A stretch of DNA of 50,179 bases, taken from Thermoplasmatales archaeon SW_10_69_26 (lineage in GTDB: Archaea > Thermoplasmatota > SW-10-69-26). Below are positions 36,772-45,815 of this stretch, piece after piece. A model generated the notes under the pieces. It was not told the DNA's origin. It did not search any database and worked only from the letters and a program-made list of their open reading frames with translations. The translations under genes and the position numbers were made by a program. Positions within the stretch are counted from its first letter, which is position 1, and the number at the start of each line of letters is the position of its first letter. The stretch spans positions 6,770 to 56,948 of the forward strand of contig PXUB01000012.1 of NCBI GenBank assembly GCA_003009755.1. The letters are read 5' to 3'.

Positions 36772-38118
36772 TCATCCAACCACTTGCTCCCACTTGTTCA
36801 GCTCCAGCACCTCGCTCAACGACGAGCCCTCCTGGATCTCGGTGCGCAGGCGGTCCTCCTTCTCGCGGATCTCGACGGCGCGGTTGGCGATCTCGACGAG
36901 CTCCTCTTGGGGCACGACGACGACGCCGCAGTCGTCGGCGAGCACCCAGTCGCCGGTCCTGACGGGTTGGTCGCCGGCGGTGATCTCGACGCCGATCTCG
37001 CCGAAGCCCTTCGGGTCGCCGGCGTTGGGGACCTCGTGCCGGGCCCAGGCGGGGAACCCCATCTCGCGGATGTCGTCGACGTCGCGGATGGCGCCGTCGA
37101 CGACGACGGCGGGCACGTCGTTCTGCTCGCAGCTGTGGGAAGCCAGCTCGCCCCAGACCGCCTGATCGCCGCCTTGGGCGTCGACGACGAGGATGTGGCC
37201 GTCGTCGGCTTGCTCGATCGCCTCGACCGGCTTGGCCCAGTCGCCGTTTTTGGTGGAGACGGTGAGCACGGGGCCGGCGACCTTGTGGTCTTCGCCGACG
37301 GGGTCGAGGCCTTGGAGGACGCCGCCGCGGTGCCGGGCGTCGGAGAGGTTGGGGGTCGACACGGACAGCAGGGCCTCGCGGATCTCGGCCTCGTCGTAGC
37401 GTTTCGTGCCGTGGGACGCGACGGATTCGCCGGTCGCGATGGCTTGCTGGATGTCGCGGACGGCTTGGGGGATGTCGGGGGCTTTCGTGATGGCGCCGCC
37501 GACGACGACGATGTCGGTGCCGTGCGAGACGACCTCGGGCGCGGTCTCGCTCGTGATGCCGCCGGCGCACAGGATCGGGGTGTCGACGGCCTCGGCGACC
37601 TCGCGCACGAACGCGTAGTCGGGTTGGCCGCGCATCTGCTCGTCGATGCCGACGTGCAGGCTGACGTAGCTGGCCCCCATCTGTTCGGCTTCGCGCGCTC
37701 GCTGGACGACGTCCTCGACCCCGATCATGTCGACGACGACCTCGGCGCCGTACTTGCGTCCGGCGCGCACGGCCTCGGTGATCGTCTCGTCGCTGGCCGA
37801 GCCGAGGATCCCGACCATGCTGGCGCCGGCCTTGGCGGCGATCTCGCACTCGAGCTGGCCGGTGTCGGCGGTCTTCATGTCGGCGAAGATCGCCTGCTCG
37901 GGGAACCGCTGGCGCAGCTGGCGCACCGCTTCCAGGCCCTCGGACTTGATCAACGGCGTGCCGGCCTCGAGGATGTCGACGCCGCCCTCGACGGCCTGCT
38001 CGGCCATCTCGAGGGCGCGGTCGAGGTTCATCAGGTCCAAGGCGACCATCAGCTCGGCCGGTGCGGCCTGGGGTTGGGCGTCGTCGGTGTCCCCCTCGGG
38101 AGCGGTCGTCGGGGCCAT
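36772..38118 (-). CDS. hps: 3-hexulose-6-phosphate synthase fused to an RraA-like domain
   Basis: VALD, EAGTPLIK, ADMKTADTG, HVGIDEQ and VVGGAIT motifs; C-terminal AVWGELA...VVDGAIRD...GD.VLADD.GVVV. Confidence 0.9.
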   Translation of the reverse strand: MAPTTAPEGDTDDAQPQAAPAELMVALDLMNLDRALEMAEQAVEGGVDILEAGTPLIKSEGLEAVRQLRQRFPEQAIFADMKTADTGQLECEIAAKAGASMVGILGSASDETITEAVRAGRKYGAEVVVDMIGVEDVVQRAREAEQMGASYVSLHVGIDEQMRGQPDYAFVREVAEAVDTPILCAGGITSETAPEVVSHGTDIVVVGGAITKAPDIPQAVRDIQQAIATGESVASHGTKRYDEAEIREALLSVSTPNLSDARHRGGVLQGLDPVGEDHKVAGPVLTVSTKNGDWAKPVEAIEQADDGHILVVDAQGGDQAVWGELASHSCEQNDVPAVVVDGAIRDVDDIREMGFPAWARHEVPNAGDPKGFGEIGVEITAGDQPVRTGDWVLADDCGVVVVPQEELVEIANRAVEIREKEDRLRTEIQEGSSLSEVLELNKWEQVVG

Positions 38119-38197
38119 CGCCGCGAGCAGGCGCGAGCCCGGGGAAAAGCGTTCGGGCTCCCCCACGTCCAAACGGGAGCACGCCGTGGGGCCTTGC

Positions 38198-39214
38198 ATG
38201 TCCTTGCCCGTGGATCGGTTGCCGGCCGAGGACCTCGCCGTCGTGTGCCTGCCCGATCTGTTCCTCGACCACGTGATCGAGCTGCCGGAGATCGACGAGG
38301 CCGAGGAGACGATCGGCCGCATCCACAGCCAGGGCGGCGGCAAGGTGCTCGACGTCCCCCAGCAGGTCGTCCCCGGCGGCAACGCGGCCAACGCCGCGCA
38401 CGCGCTGGCTCGCCTGGGCCTGGAGGTCGACCTGGCGGGGCGGACGAGCCAGCGAGGCAAGGCGTTCTTCCAGTGCACGATCGCCCGCGACGGCGTCGGT
38501 CTGTCGCTGGTGCGCGAGGACGGCGAGCTGGCCGCCACCTCGGTGCTGGCCTACGGGCCCGAGGGCACCAACGTGATGCTCAACGATCCCGGCTCGGTCG
38601 AGGGCTACGGACCCGAGGATCTGCGCGAGGCCGACGAGCAGGCGATCCGGGCGGCGGACGCGGTGCTCGTCGGGAACTGGGCGAGCATGACCGAGCACGG
38701 GACCGAGCTGGTCCGCCACGTCGTCGACGTCGCCGATCGGGCCGACACGTGGACCTACCTGGATGCGGCCGATCCCTCCCGGCGCGAGGACGGCGAGCAG
38801 CTCGTGGCCGCGCTCGCGGACGTTCCGCTGGACGTGTGGGCGATGAACGACGCCGAGGTGGAGCTGTTCAGCGGTGAGGCGGGTCTCGAGGCCGGTGCCC
38901 GGGCGTTGGCCGAGCGGACGGGGGCTCGCGTGGACGTGCACAGCGGCGAGACGGCGGTCTCGGCCCGCTCGGGCGTGGTCGCCGAGGCCGAGACCTTCGA
39001 CGTCGAACCTCGCCACCTGACGGGGGCAGGGGACGCGTTCAACGCCGGCAACCTCGTCGGTGACCTGCTCGGCCTCGACCCGGGCGAGAGGCTGCGGCTT
39101 GCGCACGCGGTCGCGGCGGCCACGATCTCGCACCCGGACGCCCGCCCGCCGGATGCCGAGGCCTTGGCAGCGTTGGAGACCCAGGCCCAGGACCCGACGG
39201 CCCGACCGACGTGA
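38198..39214 (+). CDS. PfkB-family carbohydrate kinase
   Basis: PGGNAANAAHALARLG, N..E and TGAGDAFNAG motifs. Confidence 0.9.
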   Translation: MSLPVDRLPAEDLAVVCLPDLFLDHVIELPEIDEAEETIGRIHSQGGGKVLDVPQQVVPGGNAANAAHALARLGLEVDLAGRTSQRGKAFFQCTIARDGVGLSLVREDGELAATSVLAYGPEGTNVMLNDPGSVEGYGPEDLREADEQAIRAADAVLVGNWASMTEHGTELVRHVVDVADRADTWTYLDAADPSRREDGEQLVAALADVPLDVWAMNDAEVELFSGEAGLEAGARALAERTGARVDVHSGETAVSARSGVVAEAETFDVEPRHLTGAGDAFNAGNLVGDLLGLDPGERLRLAHAVAAATISHPDARPPDAEALAALETQAQDPTARPT

Positions 39215-39421
39215 GGCTCACCCGTCGGTCTCGTCGGTGACGGCTTGGGTAGGCGGTGTCCGTGACCGTCCAGGAGGCCGGGGCTCCGAGCAAGCCGACG
39301 GGGAAGCGTCTGGATGAGGACCACCGGGTCGTCGAGCCAGCGGGCGTGCTCGTCGACGGGTGAGGGCAGCCGGGCGCTGGCGTCTCGAGCCATCGGTGGT
39401 GAGGCCAGCGGGCTGGCGGCT

Positions 39422-40747
39422 TCAATCCCCGTCTGGTTCGTCGTAGCGGCCCTGCTTGGCGTACTCGCCGCGCTGTGCCATGATGGTGGGCGTGCGGCAG
39501 ACGCCGTCGGCGCCGGCGATCTGCGGGATCGTGCAGTTGTTGCAGCTCTCGCACAGGACCCGGGCGCCTGCCTCGTGCAGGATCCGGTGCGCGATGCGGG
39601 GCTCGGCGTAGAAGGGGCGAGCCATGCCGACGGCGTCGCAGGCGCCCTCGGCCAGCAGCTGATCCATCTGCGAGCGCTCGCGGATCCCGCCCTCGCACAG
39701 GACGGGGACGTCGACGGCCTCGCGCACGCGCTTGCAGAGGTCGGCGTTCCACGCGGGCTCGGGCTCGATCGCTTTCGCGGCCAGACGGTTGAGGCCGCGG
39801 ATCAGGCGTTTGCGCCAGGAGGAGCCGAACACGTCGTCGTAGTCGGACTGGAAGCGGTCGTCGTTCCAGGCGATGTCGGGGAACCGGCCGCGAGCGACGC
39901 TTTGATCGCGCGTGGCGCCGACGCGGACGGGCACCACGGCGTCGATGCCGGCCGCCTGGCAGGCCTTCGCGATCTGCACGGTGTCTTGCTCGTCCAACGC
40001 TTGGCGGGCAACCCCAGGCGCCTCGGATTCGCAGGGGATCTTGGTCGTGACCGGGAAGCCGGGTTCGGTGTGGTCCCGGATCGCGGTGACGACCTCGCGC
40101 AGGAACCGCGAGCGTTCGTCGATCGAGTCGCCCCCGTAGGCGTCGGATCGACCGTTGAAGACCGGGCTCCACAGCTGTTGGAAGATCGAGGCGTTGGCGC
40201 CGGCCAGGTGGATGCCATCGTAGCCGGCCTCGTACAGGCGGCCGGCGGCCTCGCCGAAGCGCTCGGCCAGGGTGGCGAGCCGGTGCTCGCTCATCACCTC
40301 GAGGTCGGGCCGGTGCAGGATCGGGGTGTGCCAGAGGGCTCGCAGCCACCACGGCGGATCGTCGATGGCGTACGTCGTCAGGTCGGGGTGGGCCTCACGG
40401 TAGCCGGTGTGCCACAGCTCCATCGACTGCAGCGCGCCGTGACCGATCTGGCAGAACAGCTGGGCCCCGTGGTCCTGGATCGCCTCGACGGCGGGTTCGA
40501 GCCCGGCGACGAAGCTGTCGTCGTGGACGCGGGTGAGCCCGGGCGCGGTGCGGCCGCCCTCGGCGGTGACCAGGCATGCGCCCTGGAAGATCAGGCCGGT
40601 GCCGGTGGCCGCGGCGGGTTCCAGATGCCGTTGGAGGATGTCGGCCGCGTCGGGGTCGTTGGCCGCGCACTCGAGCAACGGGGCTCGGTACAGCCGGTTG
40701 TCGAGGGCGACGGGACCGATCGAGATGGGGTCCTCGAGGGAGACCAC
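39422..40747 (-). CDS. Old yellow enzyme-family NADH:flavin oxidoreductase
   Basis: NRLYRAP, QIGHG, AGYDGIHL, N.RSDAYGG...RSRFLREV, GGIR and MARPFYAEP motifs; C-terminal CESCNNC. Start position approximate. Confidence 0.9.
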   Translation of the reverse strand: MVSLEDPISIGPVALDNRLYRAPLLECAANDPDAADILQRHLEPAAATGTGLIFQGACLVTAEGGRTAPGLTRVHDDSFVAGLEPAVEAIQDHGAQLFCQIGHGALQSMELWHTGYREAHPDLTTYAIDDPPWWLRALWHTPILHRPDLEVMSEHRLATLAERFGEAAGRLYEAGYDGIHLAGANASIFQQLWSPVFNGRSDAYGGDSIDERSRFLREVVTAIRDHTEPGFPVTTKIPCESEAPGVARQALDEQDTVQIAKACQAAGIDAVVPVRVGATRDQSVARGRFPDIAWNDDRFQSDYDDVFGSSWRKRLIRGLNRLAAKAIEPEPAWNADLCKRVREAVDVPVLCEGGIRERSQMDQLLAEGACDAVGMARPFYAEPRIAHRILHEAGARVLCESCNNCTIPQIAGADGVCRTPTIMAQRGEYAKQGRYDEPDGD

Positions 40748-40851
40748 GTGCTGGGACCTGGGTCGAGGGGCTTGAAGGTGCGGGGGATCGGCGCCGGAGG
40801 CCGCGCTTCGGCCGGACAAGTTTCATAAGTGCTTGCGTGCAAGGGCGACTC

Positions 40852-41265
40852 GTGAAGACCGAGAACGCCCTGCTGGTCTCGAAGACGCTCATGGTGGTCG
40901 GGATCCTCATGGTCGTCCTCGGCCTCGTCGGCGAGCTGTTGGGCTGGTGGAACGACGTGGGCGAGCTGTTGGTCCAGGTCGGCACCGGCGTCGGTGCGCT
41001 CGGCGGTCTCGCGACGGTGGTCGTGGGCTCGAGCAGCGAGGAGGTGCAGGCCGTCCACGAAGCCGTGGAGGACAACGGCGAGACGCTGGACAACGTGGAC
41101 AGCAAGTTGGACGGCGTCGACGCGAAGCTGGAGAGCATGGACACCAAGATGGACAACCTCGACAAGCTAGACGAGCTCGACGTGATCCAGGCCGAGCTCG
41201 ACGAGCAGACCGGTGCGCTGGATCGCCAGCTCCGCGTGCTCGGCGAGATCCGCGACCGGCTGTGA
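40852..41265 (+). CDS. 2-TM membrane protein with a C-terminal coiled coil (paralog of 28489-28986)
   Basis: GELLGWWNDVGE; tail LDELDVIQAELDEQTGALDRQLRVLGEIRD. TATA-like TTTCATAA at 40821. Confidence 0.8.
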   Translation: MKTENALLVSKTLMVVGILMVVLGLVGELLGWWNDVGELLVQVGTGVGALGGLATVVVGSSSEEVQAVHEAVEDNGETLDNVDSKLDGVDAKLESMDTKMDNLDKLDELDVIQAELDEQTGALDRQLRVLGEIRDRL

Positions 41266-41269
41266 GCCC

Positions 41270-41545
41270 TCACGGGCTCTGGCGTTGATCGCCGCCGGCG
41301 GGCTCCTCGGGCCGGTCGGGCGCGTACAGGCCGGCGATCGCCAAGACCAGGCCGACCGCCATGACGACGAGCCCGACCCACAGCAAGCCGCCGAACCCGA
41401 CGGACACGCTGCCCTCCGCGGTCCCGGAACCGCCGCTGGCGGAGCCGCCGACCTCGACGTCGGGGATGAAGGCGCCGCTGAGCGCGGCCAGGGCTCCGAT
41501 CACGACGAGCACGACGCCGACCGTGCGGACCGTGTCGGCTTGCAT
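41270..41545 (-). CDS. Small 2-TM membrane protein
   Basis: Two hydrophobic helices around a Gly/Ser loop. Confidence 0.6.
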   Translation of the reverse strand: MQADTVRTVGVVLVVIGALAALSGAFIPDVEVGGSASGGSGTAEGSVSVGFGGLLWVGLVVMAVGLVLAIAGLYAPDRPEEPAGGDQRQSP

Positions 41546-41642
41546 CGTTTCCACGAGGGCCCGATGGAGGTAAAAGCGTTCCGTTCGATCTCGGGCCTCG
41601 CCGGCCTGGAGGGCTTAGGCTCGCCCGGACCGACCGGAAGCC

Positions 41643-41960
41643 GTGGTCTCGTCGACGCTCGGGCACCGCCTGGCCGGGGTCCTCACCGTCGACGTGCCCG
41701 AGAGGCCAGGCCGGTTCCGGCTCGTGGGCCAGCTGTTGACGCTGCTCGCGGTGGGAGCCCTGCTCTTGTGCCTCGCCGCGGCCGCGGCGTTCATCCTGGG
41801 GTTCGTGATCGTCCCCGGCATCGGGATCCTCGGGGCCTGGGCCTGGAACCCGTTCACGCCCCGGAGCGTCTACGTCCCTTTCCAAGAGTGGACGACGTTG
41901 GCGACGCGGCAGGCCTTCGAGACGCGGACCGATCGGACCTTCGAGCCCGTCGAGCCGTGA
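41643..41960 (+). CDS. Small hydrophobic hypothetical protein
   Basis: Long hydrophobic stretch; ends directly against the purP stop; start uncertain. Confidence 0.4.
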   Translation: MVSSTLGHRLAGVLTVDVPERPGRFRLVGQLLTLLAVGALLLCLAAAAAFILGFVIVPGIGILGAWAWNPFTPRSVYVPFQEWTTLATRQAFETRTDRTFEPVEP

Positions 41961-43043
41961 TCAGGTCAGGACCGTCTCGAGCTGGTTCTGCTTCTCGGCG
42001 AGCTTGAGCTCCTGGGCGATGCGTTGCCCGGTCGAGAGGCCCGGTTCGACGAAGTCGCCGTAGGGGCTGGAGGTGATGAACGGGTTCGTGCCGGCGACGA
42101 TGCGGGCACTGATCTCGAAGACGGTGAACTCGAGGTCGTCGGTGACGACGGTCTCGAGGCAGAAGGGCCCCCACAGGCCGCCGAAGTTCTCGTACGCGTA
42201 TTTCACGGTCTCGGCCCCCATCTCGAGCACCTTGGGCAGAAGCGACTCGCGCAGCGTCATCGGGACGTTGCCGGTGACGACGAAGCTGGGCCGGATGCCC
42301 ATGTTCTCGAGCTCCTTGATCGAGCCCAGGCGGTGGGCTTCGTCGATCGTGGTCTCGTCGCGCCGGTCGACGCTGAGCATCTGGAGGTTCCCGTCGCCGA
42401 CCTGGTAGCCGTCGTCGGTCAGCGGCGAGTAGAAGTAGTGCATGTAGTAGCGGGTGCCGAGCGTGAACTCCTGGATGTGGGTGTCGTCGAGGTCGACGTC
42501 GTCTTCGATCTTCTGCAGGAACTCGGGGTAGCTGTTCGCGATGAAGAACCCGTCGCCGCCCTTGGCGCCGTGGTACTTCACCATGACCGGCTTCACGATG
42601 TCGCGGGGATCGTCGAGCACCGGCGGCGTGTCGAGGCCGGCTTCCTCGAGCCACTGGCGCTCCTTGTTGCGGTCGGACTCCCAGTCGAGGACGTGCCGGT
42701 TCCCGTACATCGGCACCTCCATCTCGGCGTAGTTCTCGGCGCCCATGTACTCGACGAAGGAGCCGTGGGGGACGATGACGGCGTTGCGTTCGCGCAGCTG
42801 GCCCGCCAGGTCCGCGAGCTCGGGCCACGTGTCCGCGACGAGGAACTCGTCGGGCTTGGCGCGCGGGAAGGCGTCGTAGTGCTTGGGCTCCTCCCCGACC
42901 GCGAGGCCGATCGTGTTCAGGCCCTCGCGGTGTGCCCCCTCGAAGATCTGCAGCGAGGTGTGGGAGCAAGCCGTGGCGACCGTCAAATCGCCTTGGTCGT
43001 AGTCGTCGAGGATGGCGGCAAGGTCGTGCGACACCGGGTCCAC
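41961..43043 (-). CDS. purP: Formate-dependent FAICAR synthetase (ATP-grasp)
   Basis: SHTSLQIF.GA..EG, VPHGSFVEY, WESDR, GAKGG.G.F, SFVVTGNVP..LRESLL, GPFCLE and EISARIVAGTN motifs. Start GTG at 43043 or 43034. Confidence 0.93.
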   Translation of the reverse strand: MDPVSHDLAAILDDYDQGDLTVATACSHTSLQIFEGAHREGLNTIGLAVGEEPKHYDAFPRAKPDEFLVADTWPELADLAGQLRERNAVIVPHGSFVEYMGAENYAEMEVPMYGNRHVLDWESDRNKERQWLEEAGLDTPPVLDDPRDIVKPVMVKYHGAKGGDGFFIANSYPEFLQKIEDDVDLDDTHIQEFTLGTRYYMHYFYSPLTDDGYQVGDGNLQMLSVDRRDETTIDEAHRLGSIKELENMGIRPSFVVTGNVPMTLRESLLPKVLEMGAETVKYAYENFGGLWGPFCLETVVTDDLEFTVFEISARIVAGTNPFITSSPYGDFVEPGLSTGQRIAQELKLAEKQNQLETVLT

Positions 43044-43519
43044 CTTGCCGTCGGCCAATCGACGGTCGCTATTTGAGTGTAGGGGTCCGGCGCCCGTGAA
43101 CGTCTCCCACGGGACACCACCATCTGGCACGAGCGTCGACTCCCTCCTTCTGCTCGCGCACCTCGCCGCCGGTGGGCCGTCGACCGTCGCGCGGAGGCGT
43201 CGAGCACTTCCACCGTCCCTCCGGCGGCTCCCTTACAACCACGCCGCCAGGATGGAGACCAACCATGACCCCGCCAGCAGCACCCACCGCTCCCCCGTCG
43301 GACCCCGAGCCCGTCGACCGGCTGGGCCCCCGACCGATCGCCCGCGCCCGCTCGGGGCCAGAGCGCTCCCCCACGTCGGCGCTTTCGCTGCGGTTGCGGT
43401 TCGCCGACGACCGCGAGGCCGAGCCCGGGATGGAGCTGCCCGAGGGCCAGCTGACGCCGGTCGAGGGCACCCGCGGTACCGAGGCCGCCCGCCACCGGCT
43501 CGTGCTCGACGCGGCGACG

Positions 43520-43585
43520 CGAGGCGGTGCTGTTGTCGATGCTGCTCGAGCAGGAGAAGCGGATCGTCGGGCTGGAGCAAGCCTG
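43520..43585 (+). pseudogene. Possible gene remnant (EAVLLSMLLEQEKRIVGLEQ)
   Basis: Short coding-like stretch that, from memory, resembles the C-terminus of a small conserved euryarchaeal protein; no intact ORF. Confidence 0.25.
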
Positions 43586-43646
43586 CGCCACCGACGAGGA
43601 GCAGGGGTCCCGGTCGGGATGACGTCCACTCTCCCACGCTTTATCA

Positions 43647-45539
43647 ATGGGGTACAGGCGAACGTCACCCTCGGGTGACCGATTGGCTCTGCTGCCCACG
43701 CTCGGATTGGCTGCGGTCGAGGGCGCCATCGTGGCGCTCGTCGGCCTGTTGCTGTTCCACGCCCACCGACGCGTAGGCATCATCCCCTTCATCGGGTTCT
43801 TCGCGCTGGTCGCGTTGCTCCTCCCGCTGACGGTCACCGACGCGAGCCTGGACCTGGCGGCACTGGGCACGGTCCCGCACGCGCAAGCCGCGCTGGTCCC
43901 CGTGCTCGTGTCCTTCGTCGTGCTCGTGCACCTCACGCGCGGCTGGCGGAACGCCCAGCTGGCGGCGCTCACGATCCTCGGCGCCGGCGGGTTCATCGGC
44001 CTGGCCTCCGTGCTCGAGACCTACCTGCCGATCATATTGGGCTCCTCGGCGGCGCCCTCGGAGGTGCTGGTGCCCGTCGCGGCCGGTGCCGCCGTGTGGG
44101 CGGCCGCCGGGCTGGCCTCGATCACGCTGGCCGGTATCGCCGAGTTCACGCGCAAGGTCCCGGCCCTGACCGGCCTGTTCCTCGTGACGTTCCTCGGCGT
44201 CGCCTTGGCCGGCACGATCCACCTGGCGTTCATGCGCGCCGGCTTCCCGTTGGGGAACGCGACCGGGTGGGCGCCCTTCGCGGGCCCGCTTTTGGCGGGC
44301 ATCCCGTCCGTCGTGATCTTGATCGGGTACGGCGCCAACCGCCTGTCCGGCATGTGGGAGGAGACCCGCCGGGCGCTGTTGTCCCGCGAGCCGCTGGGTA
44401 GCGACTCCCAGATCGAGAGGGCCCACGCCCTGCAGGGCGCCAAGCAGCAAGCCGAGGAGCAGACCCGCCGCGAGGTCGACGCCTACCGCCAGCTGATCGA
44501 GACCGACGACCGCGGCGCCTACGTCTGCAACCCCGAGGGGCGGATCACGTACGCCAACCAGGGCCTCAACCGCGTGCTCGAGCGCCCCGACGAGGAGCTG
44601 TCCGGCGAGAACATCCGTCACCTGATGGGCGACACCGACGAGCGCGGCCGCCCGCAGTTCGTCGACTACCCCGTCAAGCCCGGTCGCCATCGGGCGCGCG
44701 TGCGGCTACCGAACGGGCACCAGCGCTCGATCGAGGTCACCGTGCGCCCCACCGAGGACGGGAACCTCTACGGCCGCGTGCGCGACCGCACCGAGGACGT
44801 GCTGCGGCGCGAGCTGGAGGAGCAGAAGGAGCTGGCCGAGTTCTACGTCGACCTGTTGCGCCACGACATCGGCAACGACGTGACGACGCCGCTGAACTAC
44901 CTGGCCATGCTCGAGCACTCCGACAACCTCTCCGAGAAGGAGGAGCGCTACGTGCAGTCCAGCCGGGTGGCCGTCGAGAACATCGCCGATCTGCTGGACC
45001 GGGTGAACGTGCTGACCGGGCTGCAGGACGTGGATCCGGAACCGACTGACGCCGGCCGCATCATGGAGGACGTCGTCGAGCAGTTCCGCGAGAAGCACCC
45101 CGAGCAAGTGTCGATCGCGTGGGATCTGCCCGACGAACCCGTGTACGTCGCCGGGCTCCCGCTGCTCGAGACGGCGTTCATCAACCTCGTCGGCAACGCG
45201 ATCCGACACGCCGGCTCCGATGCCGAGGTCGCGTTGGGCGCCCGCCGCAAGGAGAACACCTGGGAGGTGGTCGTCGAGGACAACGGGCCCGGCATCCCCG
45301 ACGAGGACAAGGACGCGATCTTCGAGCGCGGCGACCGCGACGAAGCCAAGGGCGGCCAGGGCCTGGGCCTGTACATCGTGAAGACGATCGTGAGCGCGCT
45401 CGGCGGCAAGGTCTGGGTCGAGGATCGCATCGAGGGCAAGCCCGAGGCCGGCGCCAGCTTCCGCGTGCGCCTGCCGGCCACGAGCTCGCAGGCCGACCAG
45501 CTGGGCAGCCAGTCCAGCGTGCCGGTCCAGGACGAGTGA
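43647..45539 (+). CDS. Membrane-bound PAS-domain sensor histidine kinase
   Basis: About 7 TM helices; PAS (EGRITYAN); H-box LRHDIGN; NLVGNA, EDNGPGIP, IFERG and GLGL. The start may be TTG 43683. Confidence 0.9.
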   Translation: MGYRRTSPSGDRLALLPTLGLAAVEGAIVALVGLLLFHAHRRVGIIPFIGFFALVALLLPLTVTDASLDLAALGTVPHAQAALVPVLVSFVVLVHLTRGWRNAQLAALTILGAGGFIGLASVLETYLPIILGSSAAPSEVLVPVAAGAAVWAAAGLASITLAGIAEFTRKVPALTGLFLVTFLGVALAGTIHLAFMRAGFPLGNATGWAPFAGPLLAGIPSVVILIGYGANRLSGMWEETRRALLSREPLGSDSQIERAHALQGAKQQAEEQTRREVDAYRQLIETDDRGAYVCNPEGRITYANQGLNRVLERPDEELSGENIRHLMGDTDERGRPQFVDYPVKPGRHRARVRLPNGHQRSIEVTVRPTEDGNLYGRVRDRTEDVLRRELEEQKELAEFYVDLLRHDIGNDVTTPLNYLAMLEHSDNLSEKEERYVQSSRVAVENIADLLDRVNVLTGLQDVDPEPTDAGRIMEDVVEQFREKHPEQVSIAWDLPDEPVYVAGLPLLETAFINLVGNAIRHAGSDAEVALGARRKENTWEVVVEDNGPGIPDEDKDAIFERGDRDEAKGGQGLGLYIVKTIVSALGGKVWVEDRIEGKPEAGASFRVRLPATSSQADQLGSQSSVPVQDE

Positions 45540-45815
45540 GGGAGGACACCTCGCCCGGCGGAGGCCGCGGGAAAACCATGGCGTCGTGAAGGCCGGGTCG
45601 AGAGAGATTCGGCCGGAGGGAGGGACGACCGAGACCCGCGGAAGTTCCACTCCTCTCCTGCCTGTGGGTTTGACCCTCCCGACGAGCAACGGGTGCTGGT
45701 ACGCGGGTCCGGGTTTCGACCTTGCCAACCCGCCATTCGAGATCCCCAGTTACCGAGGCGCGAGGAACCCAAAATTCTATTTATCCGTGCCAGGACCGTA
45801 CCCCCGGAGGCACCG

